Part shown: one piece after another, positions 47,790 through 61,800 of the stretch
Layout of the letters: every line of letters starts with the position of its first letter
Position numbering within the stretch: the stretch's first letter is position 1
Virus record (IMG/VR): IMGVR_UViG_3300022752_000025
Span: 1-64,000 of that record
Direction: 5' to 3' (one strand)
Source: a virus
DNA: 64,000 bases
Position numbers and translations under genes: made by a program
Notes under the pieces: generated by a model
What the model saw: only the letters and a program-made list of their open reading frames with translations
Database searches by the model: none
Told to the model about the DNA's origin: nothing

Positions 47790-50700
47790 TTATTTATTTA
47801 ACTTAGTCAATTTAATTTTTGTATATCTATTATAAGAACCAATTCTATTAATCTTATTTACAGATAGATGTTTCTTATTTCGCTTCTTAAAAGTCTTATA
47901 TCTTTTCTTTATTTTTTGTTTCTTATTTAGCCAATAATGAATAGGCGTTGTGTCTACATAGTAATATTTCGCATAAAGGTATTTATAAATAGGAATAATA
48001 CTAATTAGCCCCGCACTAATTAAAAAAGCATAAGCATATATTTGGTTCATATTTAATAATTCTGCTCTAGTTTATTTAATATGTCAAGGACTATTTTTTT
48101 ATTTTCATCTAGTAAATTATTAGAGTATTTATTTAATAAATGTTGAATAGTATCATTCCTAAAACATTTCATAATATTTAAGTTCATTTCATAAGGCATA
48201 TTTTTGCTTTTCCACTCAGTATCTAAACAATAATAAAGATAAGCTAATTCATCTTCATTTAATGCTTTTATTTGATTGTTATTTATCATTATTTAGTTAT
48301 TTCGTATTCTTTTATTAGTTTATTTATTTTAGGATTCTTATTTATTTCTTTTATTTCGGCCACTAATTTTAGTAATCTATCTATTGTTCTTTGATAATCT
48401 ATTATAGTATCTGATATGTCTCTTAAACTAGGCATAAGGAGATGGTTTTCGTGATTGTGAAGGGGTCGAAAGCAATCACAGGATTACCACAAACCTTGGG
48501 TTTCACGGTTTAATCTAATATACTCTAAATATATTATTTAGTCAATAAAATAACGCAAATATCCCTAAAAGGATAAAAAACTATTTAAAATAATCTATAT
48601 TATCTTTTGCTTTATTAGTTAGTTTCCATCCAAATAAAGAACTAAAATACTTTAAATTTAAATCGGCGTTATTTATTTTATTAGTTTTATTAAATGTTTT
48701 TTCATTCTCTGCATAAGCAAAGTATCTATTAATAGCTAATAAACTATAATCTCCAATAGCTAAACCATACTCTGTTTCACTAGGTTTAATACATACAAAT
48801 TTATTGTTATATTTAATAGAATAGTAATAGTTTTTATCTTCTATTATTATGATATATTCATTTAGCAAATCATCATATACTCTTGAAATAATATTAGTTA
48901 TTTTTAGTTTATTTTTGTATTTTAAGTATAGGTCATCTGATACTATTACCCAATCTTTTAATATATAAGTAGGATTCTTTAGTTTATTGTAGTATTCGTA
49001 TAATTTATCTGCTTTCATCTATACTATATACTAGGTAATATAATAAAAAAATATTATTTATTTTACTTGACTTATTTGTATATATAAATTATCGTCAAAC
49101 CCACTTAATACCTTTATATTTATCTTTTTTATTGTTTTCTTTAATGGTATTTATGCTATTTAACAGAGTATCTTTCATATACAAGTAAAAATAAACCAAA
49201 AGCAAAGGAATAGATAAGCCTATAAACATCAATATTCCTAACAATAAGATAAAAGGCTTAAATTCATACCCTTTTAAACTCATTTCTATACCTAATAAAG
49301 ACCTAAATGCTTTTTTCATAGTTCTTTTTAATATATGCTTTATCTTTCGCCTCTCTTTTTAATATACTCTCTAATATTCTTTAAAGCAAGCAGTATTTTG
49401 ACCGAAAGACCAAAAACAACCAATCCAATCAATGTCATTATACCAGAAAATAATAAGAATAGCCCCAAGATCAAAAAGTTATCTGTTCCAAAATAAAAAT
49501 ACATATCTATTCCCCATAATTAGTATAAAGATACGCTATAATTATTAATGCTATAATTGCAAATAAAATATTCATTTATTTATATAGCTAAAAACTAATA
49601 TAAAAGTCAAGCAAGTTGCTAATCCTAATAAAGTATATAATTCGTTCATATTTTATCTCTATAAAAGAAAGCTATGCCCCAACAAGTTAAGGTAATAACT
49701 CCAAAAAACATCATAACTGAAAAGCTCATATTTTCTTTAGTATATCCTTTATATCTTTTTTTGAAAAGCCAAAACTTAATATTTTACTTAATACTGCTAT
49801 AAGATAGTTCTTTTCTGTTTTCTTCATTTTTTTGGCTTTCTTTTTAAATTTAGCCATTTTTTACCTCGCCCAAGCCTCGTATTTATTCATACCCCGCTTT
49901 TCTATCATTTTCTTCCTCATCGGCATTTTCTCGCCTATAATCTTCAACCTCTGCTTCAATATCATCACTAGGCATATATTCAAAAAGAAGATCAATAAGA
50001 TCACTTACTGCCATATCATTATACAATTCATATATATAATTCTGTTCTTCATCAGAGCAAGTTTCAAGAAATTCTATTGCAGTTTTAACTCTAGGTTTGC
50101 TCATTTTTTACTCCTAATATACTTAATAATATCTTTAATACCATCTTGAGTCAAAGGTAATTGTTTATTTTGAGCATCCTCATAAGCCATATCAAGATAA
50201 GAAAGAAGCATCTTCTTTTGCTCTTTAGTAAGATTAATAGCGATTTTATCTGCTTTCATTGTTTAATGTTTCTATTATTTTATCTATTTCTGAATGAAAT
50301 GCAACAAAATTATAATTTATTTTTTTACCTTGTGATAGTAAAAGATAGGTTTTAATTATTTCTGCTTCTCTGTCAGATATTTCTATTTTCACGATTCACA
50401 AGTTTGTTCTTCATTAATATATTCAGCTAAATTGCTATCAATCTGCTCTGAAATACTTTGTTCTTCGCTCTCAGTATCTACCATCTCACAAGCATCAATA
50501 AATTGTCTATTAGTAAATTCAACATCCTCATATTTTGCTTCAACTTCATCTTTAAGGATAATTAAAGCAAACAAGGGGTCATTAGGTTTTAAATAGGTTT
50601 TAAGCCACTTTTCTAGTTCTTTTCTTGTATAAATTTGCATAAACTACATTATGTTTGCTTTTGATATTGGGTCAAGAACAAAATGCACAGCTTCTTCACG

Positions 50701-50937
50701 AACATACCATTCCCAAGGAGTTTCACTTCTATTAACTATAACACGATAATGTTCACTATTAGGAACGCCAGCAATTTTACCATAGAATTGAGTCCCATCT
50801 TCTGTTTGAAACATAACTTCTTTATCAATATTTCTTTCCATTACTAGCATTTTTGCCTCATCATTTGTATGAGTATCTGCTGTTTGCGGATATTTAGCAT
50901 CATAATCTAATGGGTTTGCATTAACAAAATGGCTCAT
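47790..50937 (-). other. Run of small hypothetical CDSs (47790-48050, 48053-48289, 48581-49018, 49095-49319, 49883-50104, 50389-50640, 50644-50937)
   Basis: ORF track, co-oriented; no recognisable motifs. Confidence 0.6.
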
Positions 50938-51269
50938 CTGTTATCTCCACTTCCTTTTATTTTGCCTCTTTTTAACCTATCTGCAAGTTTATTTAAATTA
51001 GATTTTGCAACATCTTCAAGACCTACCCCAAGTTCATCGGCTATATTAGCACAATACCAGAGAACATCACCAAGTTCAGCATAAATGTCTGCTTTAGCTT
51101 CTTTGGTGAGTTTCCCATCGTTATCTCGCATTATTTTTTTGACTTTATTAGCGATCTCACCAGCTTCGCCAACAAGACCTAAAGTAGTATAGTATAAGCC
51201 TTGATTCTTAAACTTTCTTGGATAAAAAGCGGTTCTACTAGCATTAGTTTGATAGTTATTAAAAGTCAT
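50934..51269 (-). CDS. MazG-like nucleotide pyrophosphohydrolase
   Basis: LGLVGEAGE...ELGDVLWY...N..KL..R..RG.I.GSGD.R. Confidence 0.88.
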   Translation of the reverse strand: MTFNNYQTNASRTAFYPRKFKNQGLYYTTLGLVGEAGEIANKVKKIMRDNDGKLTKEAKADIYAELGDVLWYCANIADELGVGLEDVAKSNLNKLADRLKRGKIKGSGDNR

Positions 51270-52506
51270 TTCTTTTTCTTATTCTTTTTAGCGATTTCTT
51301 CTGCAAGTTCTAAACCTTTTAAAAGAGCATAATTAAATCCAATATTAATAAACTGGTCATCTGTAATAACTTGCTTGCCAAGATCAAGAAAATAAGTTCT
51401 ATTATGATCGCTCATATCTACATCAACATCATAAACATTCTTCTTTTTAAATTTGCCGATTTTAAGATAGCTTGGGTCATTCTTTTTCATAGTTTTCCTT
51501 TTCTTTGATTGCTTCAATTCTCTCCAAATAGAAACCGCATCCACGAAGAAACTCCGTAAATCTTTCACAGATTTCCTCAATATTCCATTCATTACATTCA
51601 AGAGTATTAACGATTTCTTTGCCTTCGTTATGCCACTTGTAATTGAATTTAAATCTATGATTGTTCACTCTATGATTGTTCACGCTCTTATTTTCCTCTT
51701 TTTTCCATCTCTTGTCAATAATAATTTACTCCGCATTTTTTCAAATTTTTTAATTACAATAGGATTCTCTGTATTTCTTAATGCCATATCTAAAGCGTAA
51801 ATTAATGCTATCTTATCGTCAGAACCTAACTGATAAAGTTCTGGAGTTATACGAAAATTACTCATTTTAATATTTTGTGCCAAACACTTTCACATTTGCA
51901 TTGGGGTCATTATAACCATTATCCATAGTATTATATTTGCTATTATAAAAACCTTGGTCATCTTCATTCATACCAACAGGAAACCAACCTTCTTGCTCTT
52001 TAACCTTGCCTACATTCGCACATCCAATAAAAAAGAATGTAAGAAGAATCCAAGCAATTACAACCATAACAAAAGCAACTGCTTTGCGAAAATTAAACGC
52101 CATCTCTTAATCCAACGCTTTCCATTATTGTTTTATTTTCTTTTACTTTAATAGTTTCTGATACATTTAACCTTGCATCTTGACAAGGAGAAAAATTACA
52201 AAACCACGCTATAAAAAATAAATCTATTGGCGACCACATATTTTATATATATATTAAATTTAAATTTATAGCAAATTATTTTTTAAACTTTTTTCTAAAT
52301 ACCTCTTTACGCTCTTGACGAGTTTGCTTGTCCTCTATGATAACCTTACCATTAATAATATTATTTAACCAACGCATTGTAGGTAAAGATTTTGCGTATG
52401 CTTGTCCTACAAGCGGAAGTAATCTGTCATACGCTTCTTTTGCTGTAATCTTTTTTGATTTAACAGATTGTTTTGTTTGTAATGTTGTCATAGTTTTTAA
52501 AATATA

Positions 52507-52540
52507 AATAGGGCATCGGGGATTAGCCCAATGCCCTATT
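52507..52540 (-). terminator. Terminator hairpin after a small basic ORF (MNTTQTQY...)
   Basis: AATAGGGCAT/ATGCCCTATT. Confidence 0.65.
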
Positions 52541-53905
52541 ATTAATTACTTGGCCGAAACAGAAACTACTTGACCACCAGTTTTATTAGCGAAACGCTTG
52601 CTGGCGATCTTAGCACCACGGAGAGTAGGGTAGCTCTTTGGAGCTACAACTACTTGCCCGCTGGTAGCTTTTACCGACCAAGTATATTGGGTTTGAGTTG
52701 TATTCATATTGTTATATTAATATATATTTTGATTAATGTCAATATATTATTTAAGATTTTTTCTTAAATTTTTCTTCGGTAGGAGATTCCGAAACATCTT
52801 CTCTATTAAAGATTTTACTCTTTTTTGATCTAGGATTGGTCATTCTCATTTCTTTGCTACGCTTGAGATTGCCCCAAGGATTCATACCAGAGTTTTTAAT
52901 TGAATTAACAATCTTAAATACTTCTTTTAGTTCTTGTTTTGATAGTGCCATAGTTAGTATATACTAACTGAATTTAAAATTTAGATCAAGTTATTTTTTA
53001 CAACGGCAACCAGAACAAGCACAACTTAATTTAATACCTAACAACCACTTAAACGCTTTTTTTAGTTTTTTTAACACTTTTCTTTTTGCTTTTCTTTTTT
53101 GGTTTAGCTTCTATTTCTTCTATAAGCTCAAATTCTTTATCAACATTTTTTAACTCTTTCCAAAGAGTATATTTATCTTGAACAGCCCAAACTGCATCTT
53201 CAATTTTCCATTTAATTGAATCAAAAATATTTAGGAGCCAGTTCATACTAGGCGAACCCCTAAAACACTACCGAGAGCAAAACATCCGAATAATATTAAA
53301 AGTTCCATAAAGTCCTTATTTCGTATTACACCTATTTTTTAGGCTTTTCATTATATTTTTTATTATGCTCTAAAACATCATCCAGATATTTATTAATCAT
53401 ATTTTTAATAGTTCGTTCTTTTTCGTGATCTTTATGAAAATAAGTTTTATCTAGTTTTAATAGTTCATCACGCCAATGATTTAAACTAGCTATATGCTCT
53501 GATAGGAATTGAATTTTAGGTTTCTTTGGTGGCATTTTTTACCTCTTGCTTCCATTGTTTTACAATTTCTTCTGTATCAGATATATCATAATTATTATTA
53601 CTTCTTAAAAGATAAAATGTTTTTTCGCTAGATTCTATTCTATTAGATAATAATTTAAAGCCATCTTTTAATTCTTGCTTATCTCTAAAATAATGGCTTT
53701 GCATATACGGATTTTTTCCATTTTCTTCCATAATAGATTGTGTCAATAAATAACCACCATTTTGATCTTTTTGACAAAGAACAACATTTTTAAACTTATC
53801 TTTTGAATAAATATCAGCAAATTCTTTTGATAAATTTAAATGAAATATACAATTATGATAATAAATGCCAAAAAAACTAATACTATCATCAATAATCATT
53901 TAATA

Positions 53906-54385
53906 TTAGCCTTTATTATAAATCTTTACCTTCACTATTTTAGGATTATTATTGGCAAATTTCAAAGCATCTTTTTTATTCAAAAAGAAAATATCAATAA
54001 CAGGGTATTTACCTCCGCTTGCCTTTTTATTGATAACTGCTGTTCCAGTATCGTGAGCCACTCTAAAACCAAGATTAGGAATATAAATTCTACTAAAGTA
54101 TGGTATGATGCGAGGGTCTACTGCTACTGAAACATTAGGTTTAAGTGTCACGCCAGTAGAACTTTGGCGTTTTTGGCTCCAACCATCGGTATCACCACCC
54201 TTTGCCCAATAAGCAGTTATACGAACTTTAATTTCTTTTTTGGGAATCATAGACTTCACAAATTTTTCCACCATAGCGTCTTTAATAGTATTAAAGTTAT
54301 CTTTATTAGATGGTGCAGTAATTTCTGGTTTAAATAAAAACCAGATACCACACAAAAACACGGATAAACGGCATAGTATTTGCAT
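53906..54385 (-). CDS. 3D-domain (MltA-like) protein
   Basis: ITAYW...VAVDPRIIP...AHDTG.A...IDIF. Confidence 0.8.
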   Translation of the reverse strand: MQILCRLSVFLCGIWFLFKPEITAPSNKDNFNTIKDAMVEKFVKSMIPKKEIKVRITAYWAKGGDTDGWSQKRQSSTGVTLKPNVSVAVDPRIIPYFSRIYIPNLGFRVAHDTGTAVINKKASGGKYPVIDIFFLNKKDALKFANNNPKIVKVKIYNKG

Positions 54386-54751
54386 AACTTGTCCTCTTTG
54401 AATTAAATTTAATTTAAATTGGGGAAAATGTCAAGCCAGATTAGCTTCTTCTGGCGACCACTAGACTCCTGTTATAATTTTAGACTTCATAACAAATAGA
54501 TTACACCCATAACTCAGTATTTCTACTGAATTAAGGGTGGAATCGTATGATAGTTATTTCGTTACTAAGACCGAATTGCGGAGCTTGCTAGTCAATCTAC
54601 GCTTATCAAATGATCTCCAATGACGAGCGTGCTGATTAACCTTATCAAGAACCTTTGTTTCGCTAATGGTAAATGTGCCATCAGTATTATCGGTCATCTT
54701 AACAAAATATGTTTTTGGTCTAATTGCCATAATGTTAATATTAGTTGATAT

Positions 54752-55165
54752 TTAACTATTTGTCAAATTTAATTTATCGAATTTACCTTGAATATTACTA
54801 AAATAAACATTTTTAAAATTTAATTGTTTAATCATATCACAACATCCACGGCAAGGAGCAGAAAAATCTAATACATTATTTCTATTAATTCTTGTATTTA
54901 CGAGAGTTAAGCCAGAGCAATCTTCTTCTCCGAGTTTAATAACTGCACTTAATTCACTATGAGTTCCAACAATATCAGAAATCTTTTCATTATTTTTATT
55001 AACATAATTGTATTTAAGATTAAGAGGATGAGTTTTCGGTGAATTTAATCCAATGCTTACAATACGATTTCTGTCCATAATAAAACTAAAGTGACGGCAA
55101 CGAAGATCAGCGTTATGTTTATTAATCAAAGCATAACTAACTTCAATTATTTTATTAAAGTTCAC
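54752..55165 (-). CDS. Zn-dependent cytidine/dCMP deaminase-like protein
   Basis: HSE...SAPCRGC. Confidence 0.75.
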   Translation of the reverse strand: MNFNKIIEVSYALINKHNADLRCRHFSFIMDRNRIVSIGLNSPKTHPLNLKYNYVNKNNEKISDIVGTHSELSAVIKLGEEDCSGLTLVNTRINRNNVLDFSAPCRGCCDMIKQLNFKNVYFSNIQGKFDKLNLTNS

Positions 55166-55623
55166 TATTTAAATTTAATTTAAATTTATAATTTACGCAA
55201 GTCTAAATAAAATAAATAACAAATTCCACCTATAATTATATTAATTATAACACCTAAAACTGAGCCTATTATAATATCTGTCATTCATACACATTTTATA
55301 TAAATTAGTCTTTTTTGTCTAAATCTTTATATTGTTCTTCTATTTCGTCTGCTTCACGATTCAAACGATCTTCCACTTCTTTTAAATAGCCATCTATTTT
55401 ATCTAAATCCATAGGTTTAGGAGAATAAAAATTGCTAACATAACTTGTATTTGTATTACCAAACATTAGTCGAGCAATCGTATAAGCACCAAGGATTTGC
55501 AAATAACTAAAAGTCAGATCAAAAAATGGAGCAAAAAGAAAGTTCCAAATTATCCAAATTACTGCACTATAAATAAAAGCAAAGAGAAAATAAGAACCGA
55601 TAACGCTAAACCAATCTATCTTT

Positions 55624-55956
55624 TTATTCATATCTTTCCAAATATTTTGGAGTAAATTCTCCAACATACGCACCAGCTATATTAAAATCAAAATACTCAA
55701 GTGCTTCGCCATCATCGCTTTTCAAATCTTTAGCAAGTTGTTTAATCATTTTCCACTTATCATAAACTGCAATAGGATTGCCTTTTTCATTCTCTATAAT
55801 ACCCAAAAAGCAATTATCAAATCCATCAGCAAGAAGAATATTATCTTTATAATCTGGATAATTGATTTCAATAAATTGCGAGATTTCTTTTCTCGCTTTG
55901 CTCATTTTTGCGATTGCCATAGTATAGGGTGTCCTCTTAAATAAACTTATACCCAC
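55624..55956 (-). CDS. Conserved phage hypothetical protein
   Basis: ADGFD..FLG...AVYD...EALEYFDFNI.GAYVGE.TP. Confidence 0.7.
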   Translation of the reverse strand: MGISLFKRTPYTMAIAKMSKARKEISQFIEINYPDYKDNILLADGFDNCFLGIIENEKGNPIAVYDKWKMIKQLAKDLKSDDGEALEYFDFNIAGAYVGEFTPKYLERYE

Positions 55957-56072
55957 ATTTTAAATTACACGCAAGCATTATTTTTTAAATAAAGTTTTAG
56001 TATGATAGTATATATAACAAACAGGATAGGCAACAAAATAAAATAATGTTCCAAGAAATTTGTAAATAAAAT

Positions 56073-58111
56073 TCATTTCTTAAAATGTTTCTTGAGCTTT
56101 TTTACAAGTCCTTCTACTTTATCAAGTTCTTTCCAATTTACTCCCGCAATATTTTTATGATTTTCTTCGTGCCATTTAATAATACTTTTAATATCATCTT
56201 CAAGTTCTACAAGGTCTTTATTTAAGTGTGATACTAATGTTTTTGCATTTTCCATTTTATTGTCTTTCTATAATTAGAGGTTTTTCGGATGGTTCTTGGT
56301 CTACTATATATTTAAATTTAATATAAAATTCGTGAAGTTTATCTGTTGGCATTTCTTCTCTGGACTCATACCAAGCAACAAATTCCTTCATTGTTCGGAT
56401 GGCTTTTCTTTCTTCTTCCATACTATCTATAATAATAGTATTTTATTTTTTCTTCAACTTTAATTTTGCGTGATCTGCGAATAATTTTGGGTCATCCTTG
56501 TAAAGACTTTCAAGGCATTGTTTAGTAAATTCTCTCAAAAATTTTTCATCTTTAATAGCATCAACAATCTTTTTAGCCATAGCAGAAAAAGTTTTTTCTT
56601 CTTTTTCTAAACTCTTTTGAATCCTAGATTTTTCAATCTTTCTTTTGCCCATAATTACTATTACACATTAGAAATTAAATTCAAATTGTTCTGCTTTATA
56701 TTTACCATTCGTTTCAAATTTTTCAGAATATCTTTGGCAAAGTTCATAATCCGAAAGATGAACATAAAATTCCATAACACGATCTACAAGAGTTTTACTA
56801 TCCTCTTTGAGATACGCTTGTTTCAAAGCGTTAAGAATCATCTCTCTAGGCTCAATATGTCTAATTACTTTATTCATCTTCTTTCTCTAATAAAAATTCT
56901 GGAATCATATCTTCCCTTGCGTTCTTATCTTCGATAACATCAATCCAATTACCGATATTACCATACTTAACGCCTTGCATCAAATCTTCATATAAACATT
57001 CGTAGGCTCGTTTAACCATTTCTTCGTTATCCATATCTACAATATAATTTAAATCCAAACAAACTCGTCCCATTTTCATACTTTGCTTTCTTTTATATAA
57101 TAATTGTCATAAATATCATCCCAAGATGGAAATTCAAAATAAGGTTCACCCTCATTAACACATTCGCCATCTTTAGTATAAACATCATAAAAATCTACTT
57201 TTCTATTATCATAACTTTCTAAAGAATCATAACAAGCAAAAATGTTAAAAGAAACTTCTGGCGAATAATAATATGTTGCAACTTGCTCTACCATAGTTTT
57301 CATTTTGAGTTTCTATACTCCTTTATAAATTCACTAGCTTCTTCAAGAATATTGGTGAAGTGAATAGTCCTACAATCGTGAGGACAATCTTCGTCAGCTT
57401 GATCTACAAGCTCTGCTAATAACTTAATTGCTTTTTCCATATCCTTATTTTGCTTCTTTTTCATTTTTTGGCAAGCCAAATCCTAGTTTTGGTCTTTCAT
57501 CTTCGCTAAACAATTCTATTATACGAATGTTGTCTTTCAAATGCCAGTCAGCATTTATTTTAATACATTTTTTAGCAGGGGAAATTTCTGTAACCTTTCC
57601 TTCTTGAATTGCATATTTATTGATAGGATAATTCAAGTAGAGAATCTTGCGGTCAATTAAATCTTCTAGATTCATTCTTGAGGAACCTCATTTTGCATTG
57701 ATCTAAAAAATTCAATTTTTTCTTTAAGATTAATTAATTTATCGCCAGCATCATAAGTTATAGATGTTTCATTCATAAGCTCTTGATCTTCAAGAGTATC
57801 AGCGAAAAAAGTAAGAGCAAGATCAAGCTCTCCTTCCGTAAAATAAGAAGTGATCTTCATATTTAATTTATATGATTTTTATTGTAGATTGTCAATTCAA
57901 AAATCGTCCAGTTCAAAACTATAAGAGAAAAATTTAATTTAGGGTTATGGTCTGCCTCATAATAATCTGTATTAACATTTAAATCAAAAAAAGTTATACC
58001 ATCTGCCATTTTTCTTATTTTATACAAAATGCAAAAGTCTATTGCATAATTCTTTGATATTGAAAATGTAATACAAGGAATCATTAAAATGGTTTTAAAA
58101 CATATCCCCAA
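56073..58111 (-). other. Run of small hypothetical CDSs
   Basis: ORF track, tightly packed minus-strand ORFs of 60-82 aa. Confidence 0.6.
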
Positions 58112-58761
58112 TAATCACTATCGGGCTGTTTCTGAATCTCGTCCCACATAATGCAACGAGCGATATAAGATGGAACATTTAATCTCTTACAATTTTCCAT
58201 CCAATGTTGTTCCATAGCTTTATACTTCGCAACGCCAGTTTTTGATTTTGTATATTTTAAATCTGGCATACCATAGAAGCGAAGATGGTGAACATCGCCA
58301 CATAAAACTCTAGCAAAAAGCGGATCAATCATCTCAAAGCTAAAGCTAACTTTAGCATAACTTAATCCACGAATACGCTCTACAAGATTATCACGAACAG
58401 AAACATATCGGTTTCTCTTTTGTGGGCAAGAAAAGTCTTTAGGGTTTTGCCAGAAATCTTTTGAGAAATCCCAAATGTAATCTGTGCGTTCTTTCTGACA
58501 ACCAACGCCAGAACGAGTAAGACGCTTTAGAAGTTCTTTGCGATTGTGTTTCCAATAAACAAAATCACGAATAGCAAGATAGCCATTGATATTACCTTTC
58601 CAAGTAGTGTGAACAGAGCAGAAAGCGAAAAGCCAACGCCTAAAAATATCTTCATCGGTTTTGGGTCTTACACTCTCCCAATACTGCTTGTAAGGTTCTA
58701 CTTTGTGACGATGAAGCTCATCAAAGGTGGCAAAAAATTGATCTGGTTTAGTTGTGTCCAT
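58084..58761 (-). CDS. HhH-type DNA glycosylase-like protein (8-oxoG glycosylase-like)
   Basis: R..LV..IRGLSYAKVSF...CGDVHHLR...Y..ME. Confidence 0.6.
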   Translation of the reverse strand: MDTTKPDQFFATFDELHRHKVEPYKQYWESVRPKTDEDIFRRWLFAFCSVHTTWKGNINGYLAIRDFVYWKHNRKELLKRLTRSGVGCQKERTDYIWDFSKDFWQNPKDFSCPQKRNRYVSVRDNLVERIRGLSYAKVSFSFEMIDPLFARVLCGDVHHLRFYGMPDLKYTKSKTGVAKYKAMEQHWMENCKRLNVPSYIARCIMWDEIQKQPDSDYWGYVLKPF

Positions 58762-58801
58762 AGATCAAATATAATTTAAATTTAATTTAAGTCAAAGAAA
58801 A

Positions 58802-61800
58802 TTATTGTATCACCCAAACAATTTCGTCAAATCCTTCGCTACCAGCATCTAATACTTCTTGGTGATTGCCGTAATACCATTCAGAATTTACATCACGAAT
58901 AATTTTTGCTTCTCTTAATAACTGAACATAGGCTAACCCATCTTCATATCCTTTCACACATATATGTGTTTCTGGCGGTAATTCTTTAAGGCAATTAATT
59001 AATTCTTTTGCCGTCATATTCCATCCAATTTCTTGCGTGATAAGGGCTTGGAAAAGTTTTTACTATTTTTGCGTCTTTAAATACCCAATGTCCTTTAGCA
59101 GTAATTTGTTCTTCATAAACTGCCCATTTATCTAGAGGCTTACCAAATTCATCTTCAAGCTCTTTAATATAACGAATTACTTTATTCATTGATACCAAGC
59201 AATTTATCTAAATATTTCTGTGCATCTTTGACCGATTCAAATTGCTTTAATATTTTAACAATCATCTTTGGTTTTTCACCAATATTTTCTAGAGTAATTG
59301 TCTTTTCATACACTCCCCAAGAAAAAAGAAGATTGCCGTATTGATCTTTAATTTGATCTATGTAATGATAAGTAGTTTTCATTTATACTATGATATTAAT
59401 TTTGGCATTAAGTTTATAAACTTTATCGCCTTGTTGTTCATCGGGGTCATTTAAAGTATTACGCTTTTTCTCGCTAAATCCATAGACTTTACCATCATCA
59501 AGATCAACAATATTATTTGAACCATTCTTAATCTTCATAAAGACCGAATGATTCCCTCTCTGGACAGATTCGGGGTCAAAGAAAGAAAAAACTTCTCCCT
59601 CTTTAATCGAATCAAAGTCTACCATAGCCTCTTTATCTCTAGATGTTATTGTATATTTCATATTTAGAATTTTTTATCTGTAATTTGCTCCGATTTTGTT
59701 GGCTCTGGTTTGGTTAAGTTATTAAAAGGTATTGAATCTATTAGTCTAACTAATTCTTCTAATTTCTGTATTTTTTCAGTTTTCGTTTCTTCATCCATTT
59801 TTAATATAATTGTTGTTTGTGCGGAGGTCATATTTAAACTAGATATAACTAATTCTAGTTGTTCCTCAGAAAATGTTATTGTTTTGGTTTTCATAAATTT
59901 TAAAATGGTCTAAAGTTATACATCCTTTCTGCTATCTTACTAATATTTGATTTATTTGTCAAACTGAATCCGTATTTTTTCTTAAATTTTTCTAATAAAA
60001 CTTTATTTATAGTTTCTTTACCAAAATCTCCAATACTGCTTTCGTCAGTTAAAATATATTCGCCTTTTTTTAAATTAAATAAACGCATTATTTCTTCAAC
60101 TTGATCTTCATACCTCTCTATCGTCTTAGTTTCGGCAAAATCAATAATTTCGCCATCGTATGAAATTAATTTTCCTTTATTAAGGTCGTATCTAGATTTC
60201 ATCTGCTCCATTGAAACTCAAAAATCCATCCTAGCCAATTAACTCCACATTCAATATAATATTTGCTTGTCCTACCGAAAAATCTTGGAAACAATCTAAA
60301 TTTATATGAATTTAAAATATAAAGTCCAGAATCTTTAAATCTGATGCGATAATGAACTTTGCTAATAAAAATGTCATTTTCTTTAGCCCACTTTTCATAT
60401 TCTTCACTCGTCATCTTTTTTGCTTTCCTTCATAATCTGCTTTGTTAATTTGTCAATATTTTCGGCCAGACTATATAGTGAGCCATCAATACCTTGCAAA
60501 GTGCCTTTAATCTGTAATAGTATTTTTGTATAATCGTTGTTCATTTTATCCTTTCTATTAGATGATCTAATTTAAACATTAGTGATTCGTAATCAAAATG
60601 TGATGAGTCTTGATCTTTAATATGATGCAAGGCTTCATCTAATTTTAATAGTTCTTCTTTCGTGAACCAAACATCATATAAATCATTCATAAATTAATCC
60701 CATAAATCTCTAAAGTAAAGTCCAAGCAAAAGAAAACCATTTCTTTGACGCTCGTAGGCTTTATTTAATTTTGAGTAATCTGGCTTAATATTATCTTTTG
60801 CCTCAAATTCAACAGAATAATTACCATCACTTTCTTTTGTTAAAAACATTTTATTATCACGAATAGGGTCAAAACCTTCTGGATAAACTTCATAGAGCTT
60901 ATCAATCTGTGCTTTAGAGTCATCTTCAAGTAAAAGAAATTCAAGAGCAAAAATAATCTCATCTAAAACATTTTCATATTCTTCTTTAGAAAGAGAAATG
61001 TTTTTATTAATTGATTTGTCAATGAAATCGCCTTGTTCTTCGCTATATTCTAAATTTTTTTCATCATATATATACGGAACAATCTTATCGTCTACTACGA
61101 GATGATGACGATTAGAAAGACTATTAAAGTTTTTGCGAAGATGTTTGATTCTTGGCAAAATAAATTCTGCGGTAGCTTGTGGAAGATTCCAACAATCGCT
61201 ATCAGAATAACCACGAATTAATTTTTGAAATGTATTTTTTATTTTAAACTTACCATTTAAAAAAATATGAGAGTAATAATTTACTTCACCAAAAAACCAA
61301 TTTAAAATAGGATTCTTGTGAAATCTAAAACTACGCATCAATTCTTCTAAAGTTTGTCTTTCGTTCATATTTTGTTTAAAATATCTTTGCAATAGTTTAG
61401 TGCATCTGTAATATCTTGTAAAGAATAATCTTTTGTAACGCCCCCATTAAAATTAAATCCTTCGCTTTTCTTGTGAAAAGTAACCATTAATTTTCCATCT
61501 GGATGTTGATAGCTATAACCACCTGCACTATTATATGTTTTTTGTTTGCCATAAAAATAGGCGGTTCCAACTAAATTTTCCTTGCTGGTATTATATAAAC
61601 GAATAGTAATTTTATCGGCAGGGAAATCTGCCGTTGAACTTTTATTAATAATCTTAGATGGATTAATCAAATTAGAATTTTTAACTCTAGCATTATTTTC
61701 CCAAACAATTTTATCTATAACTGGATTCATAAACCTTCCTCCTTGCATTTGTCCTCGTATGCTTTAACTTCGTTGTATTCTTCCCAACGCCCAGCGTTAG

